Part shown: one piece after another, positions 28,744 to 41,449 of the stretch
How the letters are laid out: every line of letters starts with the position of its first letter
Position numbering within the stretch: position 1 is the stretch's first letter
NCBI GenBank assembly: GCA_022601535.1
Contig: JAJACK010000001.1
Coordinates: 724,893-788,892 of the forward strand
DNA length: 64,000 nt
Origin: Chlamydiales bacterium
GTDB lineage: Bacteria > Chlamydiota > Chlamydiia > Chlamydiales > JAAKFR01
Reading direction: 5' to 3'
Translations under genes and position numbers: made by a program
Notes under the pieces: model-generated
What the model was told of the DNA's origin: nothing
The model's input: only the letters and a program-made list of their open reading frames with translations
The model's database searches: none

Positions 28744-28832
28744 AACTTATTTTTTATAAAGGTAAGTGTGTGGCTTTAAGCTAAGGTAACTTTAGGGTTA
28801 CTTTAGCCGTTAATTTTTTTTTATTTTTTTAG

Positions 28833-30378
<1,546 letters not shown>

Positions 30379-30431
30379 TAAGGACAAGTATGACCAATTT
30401 ATTTGGTCGTAACTAGGTTGGGGTCACACAC

Positions 30432-30459
30432 TGTACTTTGTCTCATTATCACTGTTAAG
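30432..30459 (+). other. 3' strand of 16S rRNA processing helix (in ITS)
   Basis: Reverse complement of 28716-28743 (see the partner feature). Confidence 0.75.
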
Positions 30460-32676
30460 ACGATAAGATCTTGATAGTTTTGTGATAGAAAATCGGCAGT
30501 CCATTTTATCTCAGGACTGCCGTGTTCAAGCTACGAACTCGTAAGAGGACGTAGTTTGAAGGTAAATATACAATTTTACTGACAATAAATGGCGCTTGAA
30601 GAAGCAATTCATTTTTGTCGTGAACTCAAAATGCCAAATTACAGCTTAAGTTGTAGTTTGTATTAATAGTCAGCTTGACAACAAATTTTTGTGGTCAAGC
30701 TACTAAGGGCTGCTGGTGGATGCCTTGGCATCAACAGGCGATGAAGGACGTGATTACCTGCGATAATCTTCGGGGAGCTGGCAAGAAGCTTTGATCCGGA
30801 GGTCTCCGAATGGGGCAACCCAGTGGGATTAATCTCTCACTATCTCATACTGAATACATAGGTATGGGAGGCGATACTCGCTGAACTGAAACATCTCAGT
30901 AAGCGAAGGAAAAGAAATCAAAGAGATTCCCTAAGTAGCGGCGAGCGAAAGGGGAATAGCCCAAACCGGAGTCTTTGACTCCGGGGTTGTAGGACCAGTC
31001 AAAGGACCAACGACCTCTAGCCGAACACTTTTGGAAAACTGGACGACACAGGGTGATAGTCCTGTAGGCGAAAGAGGAAATTGGCAAGATTGGCACCTGA
31101 GTAGGGCCGGACACGTGAAACCCGGTCTGAATCTGGGGAGACCACTCTCCAAGGCTAAATACTCGTTGATGACCGATAGTGAACCAGTACTGTGAAGGAA
31201 AGGCGAAAAGAACCCCTGTTAGGGGAGTGAAATAGAACCTGAAACCAGCAGCTTACAAACGGTCGAAGGCCTATGCCCTTTTTAAGGGAATGGCTGACGG
31301 CGTGCCTTTTGCATGATGAGCCAGGGAGTTACGTTATATGGCAAGGTTAAAGGACTCCGTTCTGAAGCCGAAGCGAAAGCGAGTCTTAATAGGGCGTCTA
31401 GTCATATGGCGTAGACACGAAACCAAGTGAGCTATCCATGACCAGGTTGAAGCAGCGGTAACACGCTGTGGAGGACCGAACCAGTATCTGTTGAAATAGA
31501 TTTGGATGAGTTGTGGATAGGGGTGAAAGGCCAATCAAACTTGGAAATATCTTGTTCTCTCCGAAATAACTTTAGGGTTAGCCTCGAAATTAAGTCTCTG
31601 GGGGTAGAGCACTGGATTCCTGAGGGGGCCTACCGGCCTACCAATGGAAACCAAACTCCGAATACCAGAGATGAGTTCGGGAGATAGACAGTGGGGGATA
31701 AGCTTCATTGTCGAGAGGGGAACAGCCCAGACCGTCGATTAAGGTCCCTAATTCTATGCTAAGTGGGTAAGGTAGTGAAGTTTCTAAGACAGTTGGAATG
31801 TTGGCTTAGAGGCAGCAATCATTTAAAGAGTGCGTAACAGCTCACCAATCGAGAGACTTTGCGCCGATAATATTCGGGACTAAAGCATAGAACCGAAATC
31901 ACGGGTGCATCGCGTAAGCGATGCGCGGTAGGAGAGCGTAGTATGCTGCACTGAAGGTGTACCGTAAGGAGCACTGGAGCGCATACTAGTGAAAATCCAT
32001 GGCATGAGTACACGATAAAGGAGGTGAAAATCCTCCTCGCCGAAAACCTAAGGTTTCCAGGGTAAAGCTCGTCTTCCCTGGGTTAGTCGGCCCCTAAGTC
32101 AAGGCGGAAACGCGTAGACGATGGGAAACAGGTTAAATATTCCTGTACCACCTAAAACTATGGTGATGGGATGACGGAGTATGTGAAGCACGCGGACGAT
32201 TGGAAGTGTCCGTAGCACAGTGAGGCCGGTTGGCAGGCAAATCCACCAACATAAAGCTAGGCTGTGATCAAAGGGAATCTTCGGAGGAACTGATGGTGTG
32301 GAGCTAGGCTTCCAGGAAATAGTCTCTAACCGTTGATGGTGACCGTACCAAAACCGACACAGGTAGGTGAGATGAATATTCTCAGGCGCGCGAGTTAACT
32401 CTCGTTAAGGAACTCGGCAAATTAACCCCGTAACTTCGGGATAAGGGGAGCCATTTGGTGTGATTGTACTTGCTACATGAGCACTAGGTGGTCGCAGAGA
32501 AATGGCCCAGGCGACTGTTTACCAAAAACACAGCACTATGCAAACCCGCGTAAGGGGAAGTATATGGTGTGACGCCTGCCCAATGCCAAAAGGTCAAAGG
32601 GAGGTGTTAGCTTTCGGGCGAAGCACTGAACTCAAGCCCTGGTGAATGGCGGCCGTAACTATAACGGTCCTAAGGT

Positions 32677-33342
<666 letters not shown>

Positions 33343-33411
33343 TCTGGGCGCTGTCTCAACGAGAGTCTCGGTGAAATTGTAGTAGCAGTGAAGATGCTGT
33401 TTACCCACAAA

Positions 33412-33443
<32 letters not shown>

Positions 33444-33730
33444 GTTTGGTATTGGCTTCTGATTTGTCATGTGTAGGATAACCGGGAGACTTTGAAACCC
33501 CTTCGTCAGGGGGGGTGGAGTTACCCTTGAAATACCGGTCTTGACAAGTTGGGAATCTAACACGACCTCCATGAATCTGGAGCGTGGACAATGCCAGATG
33601 GGCAGTTTTACTGGGGCGGTATCCTCCTAAACAGTAACGGAGGAGTCCAAAGCTTACCTCATCATGGTCGGTAATCATGAGTAGAGCGTAAAGGTATAAG
33701 GTAAGTTGACTGTGAGACCTACAAGTCGAT

Positions 33731-33765
<35 letters not shown>

Positions 33766-33787
33766 GAAAGTGGAATCGCCGTCGCTT

Positions 33788-33824
<37 letters not shown>

Positions 33825-33851
33825 GCCACCAAGAGTTCATATCGACGTGGC

Positions 33852-33892
<41 letters not shown>

Positions 33893-34384
33893 TAGAAGGT
33901 CCCAAGGGTTTGGCTGTTCGCCAATTAAAGCGGTACGCGAGCTGGGTTCAAAACGTCGTGAGACAGTTTGGTCCCTATCCTTTGTGGGCGCAGGATATTT
34001 GAGAGGAGCTGCTCCTAGTACGAGAGGACCGGAGTGGACATACCAATGGTGTTCCGGTTGTCCTGCCAAGGGCATAGCCGGGTAGCTACGTATGGAAAGG
34101 ATAAGCGTTGAAAGCATCTAAACGCCAAGCCTCCCTCAAGATCAGATATCCCTAGAGACAACATGAAGAACACGTGTTTAATAGGTTGGGTGTGTAAGCA
34201 CAGCAATGTGTTTAGCTAACCAATACTAATCTGTCCAACGGCTTGACCATTTTTATCATCACTGGTTGCCTTACAGGCAATCGAGGTGAAAAAATGTACA
34301 GAGCTGACTATTATTACGATAAGAATGAAAAGCTCTTTGAGCGTCATTTCTTGTGAGTAAGATTGATCTATCACAAAACTATTT

Positions 34385-34499
34385 TCTTGGTGGCTATGGA
34401 GAAGGGGGTATACCTGATTCCATTCCGAACTCAGAAGTCAAGCCCTTCATCGCCGATGGTACTATACACAAGAGTATGGGAGAGTAGGTCGCTGCCAAG
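34385..34499 (+). rRNA. rrf: 5S ribosomal RNA
   Basis: TCTTGGTGGCTATGGAGAAGGGG...CCGAACTCAGAAGTCAAGC...GGGAGAGTAGGTCGCTGCCAAG shows the canonical 5S helix I pairing and loop motifs. Confidence 0.93.
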
Positions 34500-34509
34500 T
34501 TTTTCTTAC

Positions 34510-34545
34510 GCCTCGTTGGACATCCGTTCAACGAGGCTTTTTTTT
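34510..34545 (+). terminator. rho-independent terminator of the rRNA operon
   Basis: GCCTCGTTG (34510-34518) and CAACGAGGC (34529-34537) form a 9-bp stem, followed by T8. Confidence 0.85.
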
Positions 34546-34566
34546 GCCTTCATCAGGTGACACACT

Positions 34567-35646
34567 CTAAAGACTATATTTTACACCGGGGATCCGCCGG
34601 ATGAGATCTGTAAGACCAAAGCAAATCACAGATGTTAGAGAAAAAGAGATCAAAAACTTGAGAACAATTGGGATCTCTAAGGGAATCAATTTATATTGGA
34701 TCAGAGCTAAGAAGAAAATATGCATCAAATATGCCCCATAGGAGTCGAGAGAAAGTTTTTTGACCCAAGGGGTATTTTCATTAAATAGATCGCGGAAAAG
34801 GATTAAGAAACCAAGGCAAAGCGAAGGTGTTTCTATTGATGACCAAAGCTGTAAAAACCAAATATGATCTGTCAGGTCATAGCTATAAAAGACAAACATA
34901 AGCGCAGCTGAAACTAATCCTATCGCTAAGTAAGAGAGTCCAAAATAGGTGGAAACTGTTTCAATCCATTTGGTTTGAAAGGCGTGCATACCGATAAGAA
35001 AAAGAGTGAAGTATTGAGGGAGATGATAATACTCAAAGATATGAAAAGTTGACCACCGGTTCTGTGGAAAGTTCCAGTCACGAGTGAATAACATTTGTAT
35101 GGCAAAAAGAAAAACAAAGTACGAAAGCATGTGGTAATTTTCGAGCGTAAAAGGCTTTGCTGTAGCTGGTTTTTTTCTGATAAGCCGGTAGATAAGGTAA
35201 ATAAACATATAGCAAAAAAGCTGAATGAGAAACCATGTGTGATCAAATGTAAAATGTTTCCGTGTGAAGAAAATCGTTGTGACATACTCCCATAGATTGA
35301 GCTGTGGAGTGGGATTTTTTGAAAGATAGCCAATATAAAAAGCGAGAGGAATCACAGTGAGCGCTGTAACAGCTGTAGGAAGGATCAAGCGTAAGACTTT
35401 CTTCCATAAATAATTCAGTGGTGTCGATTTATCGTAGGAAGATGGAACAAAATAACCCGAAATAAAAAAGAGTAAACCCATAAAAAAGGTGGTGTCGATT
35501 GCTAAAAAAACAGTGAGCCATTTGATTTGAATAGGATTGGAGATAATGGCTCCTCCCTCTCCAAAGGTATAACTTACAAGGGAGTGGTGGGCAATCACAA
35601 GCAGGATAAGGAAAAGGCGAAGTGGATAGAAAAAATGTGTTTTCAT
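34567..35646 (-). CDS. acyltransferase family 3 membrane protein (O-acyltransferase)
   Basis: 359 aa with about 10 TM segments. The N-terminal LRLFLILLVIAHHS is typical of acyltransferase_3. Confidence 0.8.
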   Translation of the reverse strand: MKTHFFYPLRLFLILLVIAHHSLVSYTFGEGGAIISNPIQIKWLTVFLAIDTTFFMGLLFFISGYFVPSSYDKSTPLNYLWKKVLRLILPTAVTALTVIPLAFYIGYLSKNPTPQLNLWEYVTTIFFTRKHFTFDHTWFLIQLFCYMFIYLIYRLIRKKPATAKPFTLENYHMLSYFVFLFAIQMLFTRDWNFPQNRWSTFHIFEYYHLPQYFTLFLIGMHAFQTKWIETVSTYFGLSYLAIGLVSAALMFVFYSYDLTDHIWFLQLWSSIETPSLCLGFLILFRDLFNENTPWVKKLSLDSYGAYLMHIFFLALIQYKLIPLEIPIVLKFLISFSLTSVICFGLTDLIRRIPGVKYSL

Positions 35647-35696
35647 ACTTTTTTTATTTTTTAACCTCCCTCCATCGAGGAGAGAGGTTAAAGTTA

Positions 35697-36305
35697 TTAG
35701 CTAAGACCTGGAATCACTCCTTTAAGTATTCCTACTGCAAAGGTAATGATAAAGAGAGCAAAACCGACAACAATTGCACCAAGGACAATTGTTGCAACTC
35801 CTCTCCACGCTCCAAATCGATGCGATTCAGCAACAGTCTTTATTAGGATAATAAGACCCCAAATAAAGGCAATGGAGCTCCCAAGACCTAAAGCTTTTTG
35901 TAGCCCGGGTGCAAATGCGACGTAATAGGAGGCAAGCCCAAGAAGTCCTGCAACAATCGATGGATAGTAACTCCAACCAACTGCACATTTCACTTCGGTA
36001 TAGTGCCCTTTCCCTCCAATCCAGTGGCCACAAAATTTGTAGACCCAAGACATAAGATAAAAGGTTCCAATTGACGTAGCAATTGCTCCTAAAATAGTTA
36101 AAATATAAACAAGGCCGATATGAAGGCCTGGGTATTCTGCCTGGACTGCATCAATCCAGTAGAAACTTGAAACAATCCCCTGACACACGGCGAGCCAAAG
36201 AACTGTTTTGTGCGGATCCCTCTCAATTTGAGCGCGGATCGTTTTACGGGGCTTTGTCCAAAGTGACCCCCAAGGATAGAGCTGTTTTTCTTGTGGTGTT
36301 TCCAT
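35697..36305 (-). CDS. Yip1-domain-like polytopic membrane protein
   Basis: 202 aa. Soluble N-terminus followed by 5 TM helices, the Yip1/DUF1282-type architecture. Assignment is from architecture only. Confidence 0.5.
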   Translation of the reverse strand: METPQEKQLYPWGSLWTKPRKTIRAQIERDPHKTVLWLAVCQGIVSSFYWIDAVQAEYPGLHIGLVYILTILGAIATSIGTFYLMSWVYKFCGHWIGGKGHYTEVKCAVGWSYYPSIVAGLLGLASYYVAFAPGLQKALGLGSSIAFIWGLIILIKTVAESHRFGAWRGVATIVLGAIVVGFALFIITFAVGILKGVIPGLS

Positions 36306-36389
36306 GCCTGTTACCGAGCAAATATGATGCCAATCTTAACTGGAGAAGAAATATTCGGTTTGATGATAGGTTGTTTTAGTAAGGGTTAA

Positions 36390-37493
36390 ATGAAAAAAAT
36401 CACAATTTATACACATTTGAATACCGATATGGGAGAACGGACTCATGCACAGAAGTGTGCCAAACTCTTGGGTGTGGAAAAAATTGTCGATATTCCAACA
36501 CATATTGGTGAAAGATATGAAGAGCTTGTCATGATAAACTCAGCTTTAGCTGAGGGAGGCTATTCACCTATTTCTCCACAGTCAACACAAAATGAATGGA
36601 GCCTCTCATTGACATGGAGCGCGGGGCTGGCTGCCCTTTTAGCAAAGGGGATCAAACCTAATATTACTAAACTCTATGTGCATCAGAAAGATGAAAAGAT
36701 ATTAAAGCTGCTTTATAAGGAGATTGATCTATTGATAACAGAGTCTTTGCTCGGAAATGAGCGGGCAGCGGCTTATGGGCTTGAACGTGTTCTCTACCTC
36801 CCTCACCACTTTACAAAGAGACCTAAGCCTCTTAAAAAAAAGAGCAAAAAAATTCTCATAGGGTGTGTTTGTCGACTTGAATATTGGAAAAATGTGGAAT
36901 TTGCGTTAGAAATGGGAAGAGAAGTTGCAAAGCACCACCCGATTGCGTTTTATCTCAAGGGAGATTTTCCAAAAGAACGTGTCTACTCTTCTTATGATAA
37001 ACACCTTGCTGAAAAACTTGCTATTTATGAAAAAGAACCATGGCTTATTTGGGATAGGTCTTATACACCTTATCCAGAGGTACTTAAACTTTATTCCTCT
37101 TTTGATTTTTGTGTCCAACCCTCTGGAGCTGAAGGGGGAAGCAACGTTGTTGTTGAATTGATGTCTTTGGGAAAACCAGTGATCGTCTTGGATGAGAGTA
37201 CAAACCCTTATCTTTTTAAAGGAGGAGCTCTTTTTGCCAAGCCAAACCCTTCTATTGTGAAGACCCAGCTCGCTTTTTACCAACCACAGCTTCAATCGCT
37301 CATTGAGCTTGCCCTTCGACTGTGTGATGAAAAAGAGCGAAAGTTGTGGTCGCAAAGGGCTGAGCAAATCGCGTTTGAACGTTTTCATCCCTCTATTGCA
37401 AAAAGGCGTTTAGCTGTTATGCTTGATCCCAAGCTCGACAACTCGACATTAAAAAAACTCTATGATCAAGATCGCACCCTCTATCGGCTCTAA
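36390..37493 (+). CDS. GT-B fold glycosyltransferase (GT4/GT1-like)
   Basis: C-terminal half has VQPSGAEGGSNVVVELMSLGKPVIV, resembling the E-x7-E donor-binding motif region of GT4 enzymes. Confidence 0.7.
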   Translation: MKKITIYTHLNTDMGERTHAQKCAKLLGVEKIVDIPTHIGERYEELVMINSALAEGGYSPISPQSTQNEWSLSLTWSAGLAALLAKGIKPNITKLYVHQKDEKILKLLYKEIDLLITESLLGNERAAAYGLERVLYLPHHFTKRPKPLKKKSKKILIGCVCRLEYWKNVEFALEMGREVAKHHPIAFYLKGDFPKERVYSSYDKHLAEKLAIYEKEPWLIWDRSYTPYPEVLKLYSSFDFCVQPSGAEGGSNVVVELMSLGKPVIVLDESTNPYLFKGGALFAKPNPSIVKTQLAFYQPQLQSLIELALRLCDEKERKLWSQRAEQIAFERFHPSIAKRRLAVMLDPKLDNSTLKKLYDQDRTLYRL

Positions 37494-38493
37494 TGGGATA
37501 GGCATTTTGCCTGAGCGAACCCATATCGATCATATTGTTCCTCTCTGTCAACTCATTGGAATCCCTGTTTTGGTTATGGATCGAGAGGTGAAGGAGTGTA
37601 TTGAACTCTATTACCCTCCTATGGAGATCATAGAGTACTCTCCTGATGACTATTGCCTTGATGAACCACTTGCTGGATACGATTTCTTTGTCTATACCGA
37701 ACCTTCTCGGAAAGCAACGGGCCATTTCCAATTTAAGCGGTACTATACAACGGAGCGGAAGCGGTCGATTTTTACCCATCATGGCAATTCTGAAAAGTGT
37801 TTTGGATTTTATTGGTTTGAAAGACTTATCGACGAAGATATTTTGCTTGTCTATGGCGATCACATGTTGGAACACTTTCAGAAGATTGGATTTACAAAAC
37901 CGATGGTGAAGTGTGGGAACTACCGTCTTGCTTATGTAGAGCAACACAGAGAATTTTTCCAAGAGAGGGTCAAGCCTCATCTTTTTGAAAATATGGAGAG
38001 AAAAACAGTGCTTTATGCTCCAACCTGGGGAGCTTTGGATCGAAGAATTGAATGGCGTTTTGAATATTCAACAACACTTGAAATGCACCGTTGGATTTTA
38101 GAGACAATTCCACAAGGGTACCAAGTGCTTGTTAAGCTCCACCCCAACCACTTTATCCGAATGCCAGCTGAAATCGAGGCTCTTATTTCAGCTTACCGAG
38201 ATCATCCACACATCCGCTTTATTCATGAGCTCCCTTTGATTTATCCCCTTTTAGAACATATTGATCTCTATGTGGGAGATTTTTCTTCTGTTGGTTACGA
38301 TTTCCTCTACTTCAATCGGCCGATGTTTTTTCTAAGTGATGAAAGGGAGAGGGAAATTCATCAATGTGGTGTTGTCGTGAGGGAAGATTGCTTTTGGAAA
38401 AAAGTGGAAGAGGATCAATCACATCTATCTCCAATCCGCAAAAAAAGCTACAACCACGCTTTTGGGGAGGGGATATGCACATCGATATCATAA
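37462..38493 (+). CDS. TagB/TagF-family CDP-glycerol (or CDP-alditol) glycerophosphotransferase-like protein
   Basis: Family hallmarks VLYAPTWG, LVKLHPN and DLYVGDFSSVGYDFLYFNRPMFFL, compared with LYAPTWR / K.HP / TDYSS..FDF...KP..F in TagF-family enzymes. Confidence 0.75.
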   Translation: MIKIAPSIGSNGIGILPERTHIDHIVPLCQLIGIPVLVMDREVKECIELYYPPMEIIEYSPDDYCLDEPLAGYDFFVYTEPSRKATGHFQFKRYYTTERKRSIFTHHGNSEKCFGFYWFERLIDEDILLVYGDHMLEHFQKIGFTKPMVKCGNYRLAYVEQHREFFQERVKPHLFENMERKTVLYAPTWGALDRRIEWRFEYSTTLEMHRWILETIPQGYQVLVKLHPNHFIRMPAEIEALISAYRDHPHIRFIHELPLIYPLLEHIDLYVGDFSSVGYDFLYFNRPMFFLSDEREREIHQCGVVVREDCFWKKVEEDQSHLSPIRKKSYNHAFGEGICTSIS

Positions 38494-39485
38494 CTCGTAA
38501 CCGGTGGGTTTACACGTATGAAAATTATGCGACAAGACAGCTTTTGCCGGAGCTTAGAGAACTAGGGGTCTCTACCCGTTACCTTCCTATTTCTGATGGG
38601 GATCTCTTTCAAACCCTTTTAAATGACCCTCCTGATTGGATTCTTTGTTTCAATAATGCAACTGAATTTCCTAAACCAATCGGTGATTTTATCCGCCTTC
38701 CCACCTTCCATTGGGAATCACAAGAGCTTGGACTTGCTGCAACGATTTTGGAAAGCTCGCACGGAAGGTTGGGATACTTTGACCCTGCAGTAGACTATCC
38801 CAATGTCTCTTTCCTTCCTCACGGTGTTGATGAGAAATTGAAAGGAGAGAAGGTACGTCCATTTGATGTGAGCCATTTTGGAGATTTTATCGACTTGCAA
38901 AACCAATCTGTGACGTGGCGGCAGCTCTTTGAAAAGGATGCAATAGATGCAATTTTAGATGAAACATTGCCAAGACCAGAATCGATCTCTTTGGGAGATC
39001 TCATGATTGCGCGGGAGATGATGCAAAAAGCAAAAATGGTTCAAGGACTCATTTCAAAGACTTCTTTTCCCCTTCATCTATTTGGAGAGCATGTGGGGCA
39101 AAATCTTTTTTCCCGTCTCCCTTCAACGGTTTCTCTTCACGCTCCACACTGCTACCTTGAATCTCTCTACCTTCTGGGCCAGAGCAAAATATATGTTTCC
39201 GATCAAAGGGGTGAAGGTGTTGACCGCTGGTTCCTCCCAGCAATTTTTTCAGATTGCCTTGTATTAACCAATAAAACACCTCTTCTAGAGCAAATGATTG
39301 GCAATCAATTCGACATCTTCTATCCTAAACACGATTGGGAGGCTCTCGATGAGAGAGTCACGTATTTTCTCGACCACCCAAAAGAGAGAGAAAAGGTTGT
39401 TTGTGGGTTGAAAAAGAAACTTGCAAAGAGCCATAACTGGGAAATACGAGCAAAACAACTGATTCAACTGATGGAGCAGACTTGA
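38475..39485 (+). CDS. CgeB-like glycosyltransferase (DUF3880 / Glyco_trans_1_2-like)
   Basis: The ATG at 38475 follows GGGGAGGGG. The C-terminus (...LPAIFSDCLVLTN...FLDHPKEREKVVCGLKKKLAKSHNWEIRAKQLIQLM) resembles the CgeB family tail (H[TS]..HRA.QLL). Confidence 0.6.
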   Translation: MHIDIITRNRWVYTYENYATRQLLPELRELGVSTRYLPISDGDLFQTLLNDPPDWILCFNNATEFPKPIGDFIRLPTFHWESQELGLAATILESSHGRLGYFDPAVDYPNVSFLPHGVDEKLKGEKVRPFDVSHFGDFIDLQNQSVTWRQLFEKDAIDAILDETLPRPESISLGDLMIAREMMQKAKMVQGLISKTSFPLHLFGEHVGQNLFSRLPSTVSLHAPHCYLESLYLLGQSKIYVSDQRGEGVDRWFLPAIFSDCLVLTNKTPLLEQMIGNQFDIFYPKHDWEALDERVTYFLDHPKEREKVVCGLKKKLAKSHNWEIRAKQLIQLMEQT

Positions 39486-40258
39486 TGAAAGTGAGTCTCA
39501 TTACACCGACAAAAGAGCGAGATCCTTTTCTCCATCTTCTTTTAGACCTCATTTTGAATCAAACGCATACAGATTGGGAGTGGTTGATTCATGATAGCTC
39601 TAAATTCCCTTCGGAAAAATTGAGCTCTCCTATAGACAAACGGATTGCCTATATCTACTCAAAAAAGGATTTGAGCATTGGAGAAAAACGGAATCAGCTT
39701 GTCGATCTTGCCAAAGGGGATGTGATCTTTCATTTTGATGATGATGATTACTATTCGACCAACTACATTGAAAAAGTCCTCTCTTTGATGGAGGGATTCC
39801 ATTTTTTCTCTGCGCACTCTTGGTTCTCTTACGATGCAAAAAGTGCTGAACACTTCTATTTTACAAGCAATCATCCCGCTCAAACTCACTTTGTCCTCGA
39901 CGCAGTGAGTGGAGCTCGGATCAGAGAGATCGACTTTGGCCCTCAGATGCGACAGAAAAAAGGAGATGAACTTTCTAGGATGGGACACGGTTTTACATTT
40001 GCCTACCAAAAAGAGGTTTTCGAAAAATGTCGCTTCCCAAACCTTGATATAGGAGAAGATAGAGTCTTTTTTGAACAGGTTGAATCACAAGGATTTAAGA
40101 CATTTTCTTATGCCGATCAAGAGGGGATTGCGGTGAAGATGGTGCACGGGGAAAATATCGGTAAGATTTATCCGCAGTACCGCCTTCCTTCCTTTGTCGC
40201 CAAACAGCAACTCCCTCATTTTACATCGTATGTTGATCGATTTTCTTGTCGCGGATAA
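39482..40258 (+). CDS. family 2 glycosyltransferase (GT-A fold)
   Basis: VSLITPTKERDPFLHLLLDLILNQTHTDWEWLIHDSS and HFDDDDYY (D-x-D region). ATGA overlap with the upstream gene. Confidence 0.8.
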   Translation: MMKVSLITPTKERDPFLHLLLDLILNQTHTDWEWLIHDSSKFPSEKLSSPIDKRIAYIYSKKDLSIGEKRNQLVDLAKGDVIFHFDDDDYYSTNYIEKVLSLMEGFHFFSAHSWFSYDAKSAEHFYFTSNHPAQTHFVLDAVSGARIREIDFGPQMRQKKGDELSRMGHGFTFAYQKEVFEKCRFPNLDIGEDRVFFEQVESQGFKTFSYADQEGIAVKMVHGENIGKIYPQYRLPSFVAKQQLPHFTSYVDRFSCRG

Positions 40259-41240
40259 CCGCTATGACACAACAGAGCACTTCTCCCGCTCATTTTGCAA
40301 AGCTTTGACGGGAGCAGGGGCGACAGTCCGTTCTCATAAGGTCTCTCCAGATTCTTTCTCCCATGTGATTTCATCAATGGCAAAAGAGCTTCCTGATTGG
40401 ACTCTATCTTTCTCTGATATCACCTTAGGAGAAGGGTGCTCTATTGGAAATGTTCTTCAAATTCCTCATTTTTCCTATTTGATCGATCCAGCAATCTATT
40501 TTCTCCACCATTTTCAAGGTGATTACTCTCGCGTCTCTTGTGTAGATGAAGGGGAGTGTGAGTTTGTCAAGAATCTTGGCTTTACAAAGGTTGACTTTCT
40601 CCCTCACGCTGTTGATCGAACCCTTTTTTCAACAGCTTCGGAAAAAAGTTTTGAGACAGTGTTTTTTGGCTCTTGTATTGATTACGAGGAATTAGAGTTA
40701 ACAGATCAGCTTAAAGAGGCTGCAAATAAAGTTCTTACAACTCCATGCTCGATTCTAGAAGCTCTAGTAGAGATGGGAATTGAGCAAGAAGAGCTGATCT
40801 CTTCTCACCACTTAGTCGACCTCTACACAAGGGGAAAAGAGAGAGTAGAGGCACTTCGTCTATTGCCAGAGGTTACAATTTGGGGAGCAGGTCCTTGGGA
40901 AAAATTTGTTCCTCATGCAAAGGTTTACTCTCCCCTTCCTTTTCATGAGGTGGTCGAGGTGATGCGGCGTGCGAAGTTTGTTTTAAATAGCTCTCCTCGA
41001 TTTAAACGGGGGTATCATGAGCGGATCTTTACAGCTCTTGCATCTGGAGCTGGTGTGATCACAGCTCATACACCTTTTCTTGAAGGTTTTGATGGGGTGT
41101 TGACCTATCCTCCTGGAGAGTGGGATAAAATTCCCGATCTTCTTTTGCAGCAGACATCGGTCGATTCAGGAGCCAATCGGGTTTTAGAAGAGCACACATG
41201 GGATCATCGAGCCTGCTCGTTGTTGAAACATTTACACTGA
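40230..41240 (+). CDS. second CgeB-like glycosyltransferase
   Basis: The start MLIDFLVADNRYD (40230) is preferred over 40194. The C-terminal ...FVLNSSPRFKRGYHERIFTALASGAGVITAH...EEHTWDHRACSLLKHL resembles the 38475-39485 protein and the CgeB family. Confidence 0.6.
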   Translation: MLIDFLVADNRYDTTEHFSRSFCKALTGAGATVRSHKVSPDSFSHVISSMAKELPDWTLSFSDITLGEGCSIGNVLQIPHFSYLIDPAIYFLHHFQGDYSRVSCVDEGECEFVKNLGFTKVDFLPHAVDRTLFSTASEKSFETVFFGSCIDYEELELTDQLKEAANKVLTTPCSILEALVEMGIEQEELISSHHLVDLYTRGKERVEALRLLPEVTIWGAGPWEKFVPHAKVYSPLPFHEVVEVMRRAKFVLNSSPRFKRGYHERIFTALASGAGVITAHTPFLEGFDGVLTYPPGEWDKIPDLLLQQTSVDSGANRVLEEHTWDHRACSLLKHLH

Positions 41241-41449
41241 GGACAACACGAGACGGGCTTATCGGCCAATGTTAAGTAGGCATGGTTGCAATACTCACAT
41301 GTAACTAGTTTATTGAGAGGGGGAAGGGGGGAGTTTTTTCGCTGTTTAAAATGGGAAAACATCCATGCGGTGAAGCAAATACTCAAGAAGAGAGCGAGGT
41401 AGAGAATTAAGGCTGTGGATGTTTCAATCTCGATCATCTTCAAAGTCAA
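41204..41449 (-). CDS. small membrane-anchored zinc-ribbon protein
   Basis: One TM segment (ALILYLALFLSICFTAWMF), then CEYC...CCPQC (CxxC x16 CxxC). Last gene of the ExbBD operon. Confidence 0.45.
   Translation of the reverse strand: MTLKMIEIETSTALILYLALFLSICFTAWMFSHFKQRKNSPLPPLNKLVTCEYCNHAYLTLADKPVSCCPQCKCFNNEQAR

Noticed and set aside
28500-28832. Attempt to call specific -35/-10 hexamers for the rRNA promoter and the divergent tRNA-His promoter.
   Set aside because: Several weak AT-rich candidates exist, such as TATATA near 28554. None has a convincing -35 at 16-18 bp, so I am not reporting a promoter.
35651-35690. Imperfect hairpin TAACCTCCCTC...GAGGAGAGAGGTTA between the acyltransferase start and the Yip1-like gene end.
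   Set aside because: The U-run precedes rather than follows the stem for the minus-strand transcript. There is no plus-strand gene to terminate. Function is unclear.
36906-37980. Long antisense ORFs in the glycosyltransferase cluster (36906-37388, 160 aa; 37417-37980, 187 aa).
   Set aside because: The sense strand carries GT4-like and TagF-family motifs across the same nucleotides. The antisense products have no recognisable features and their codon composition mirrors the sense genes.
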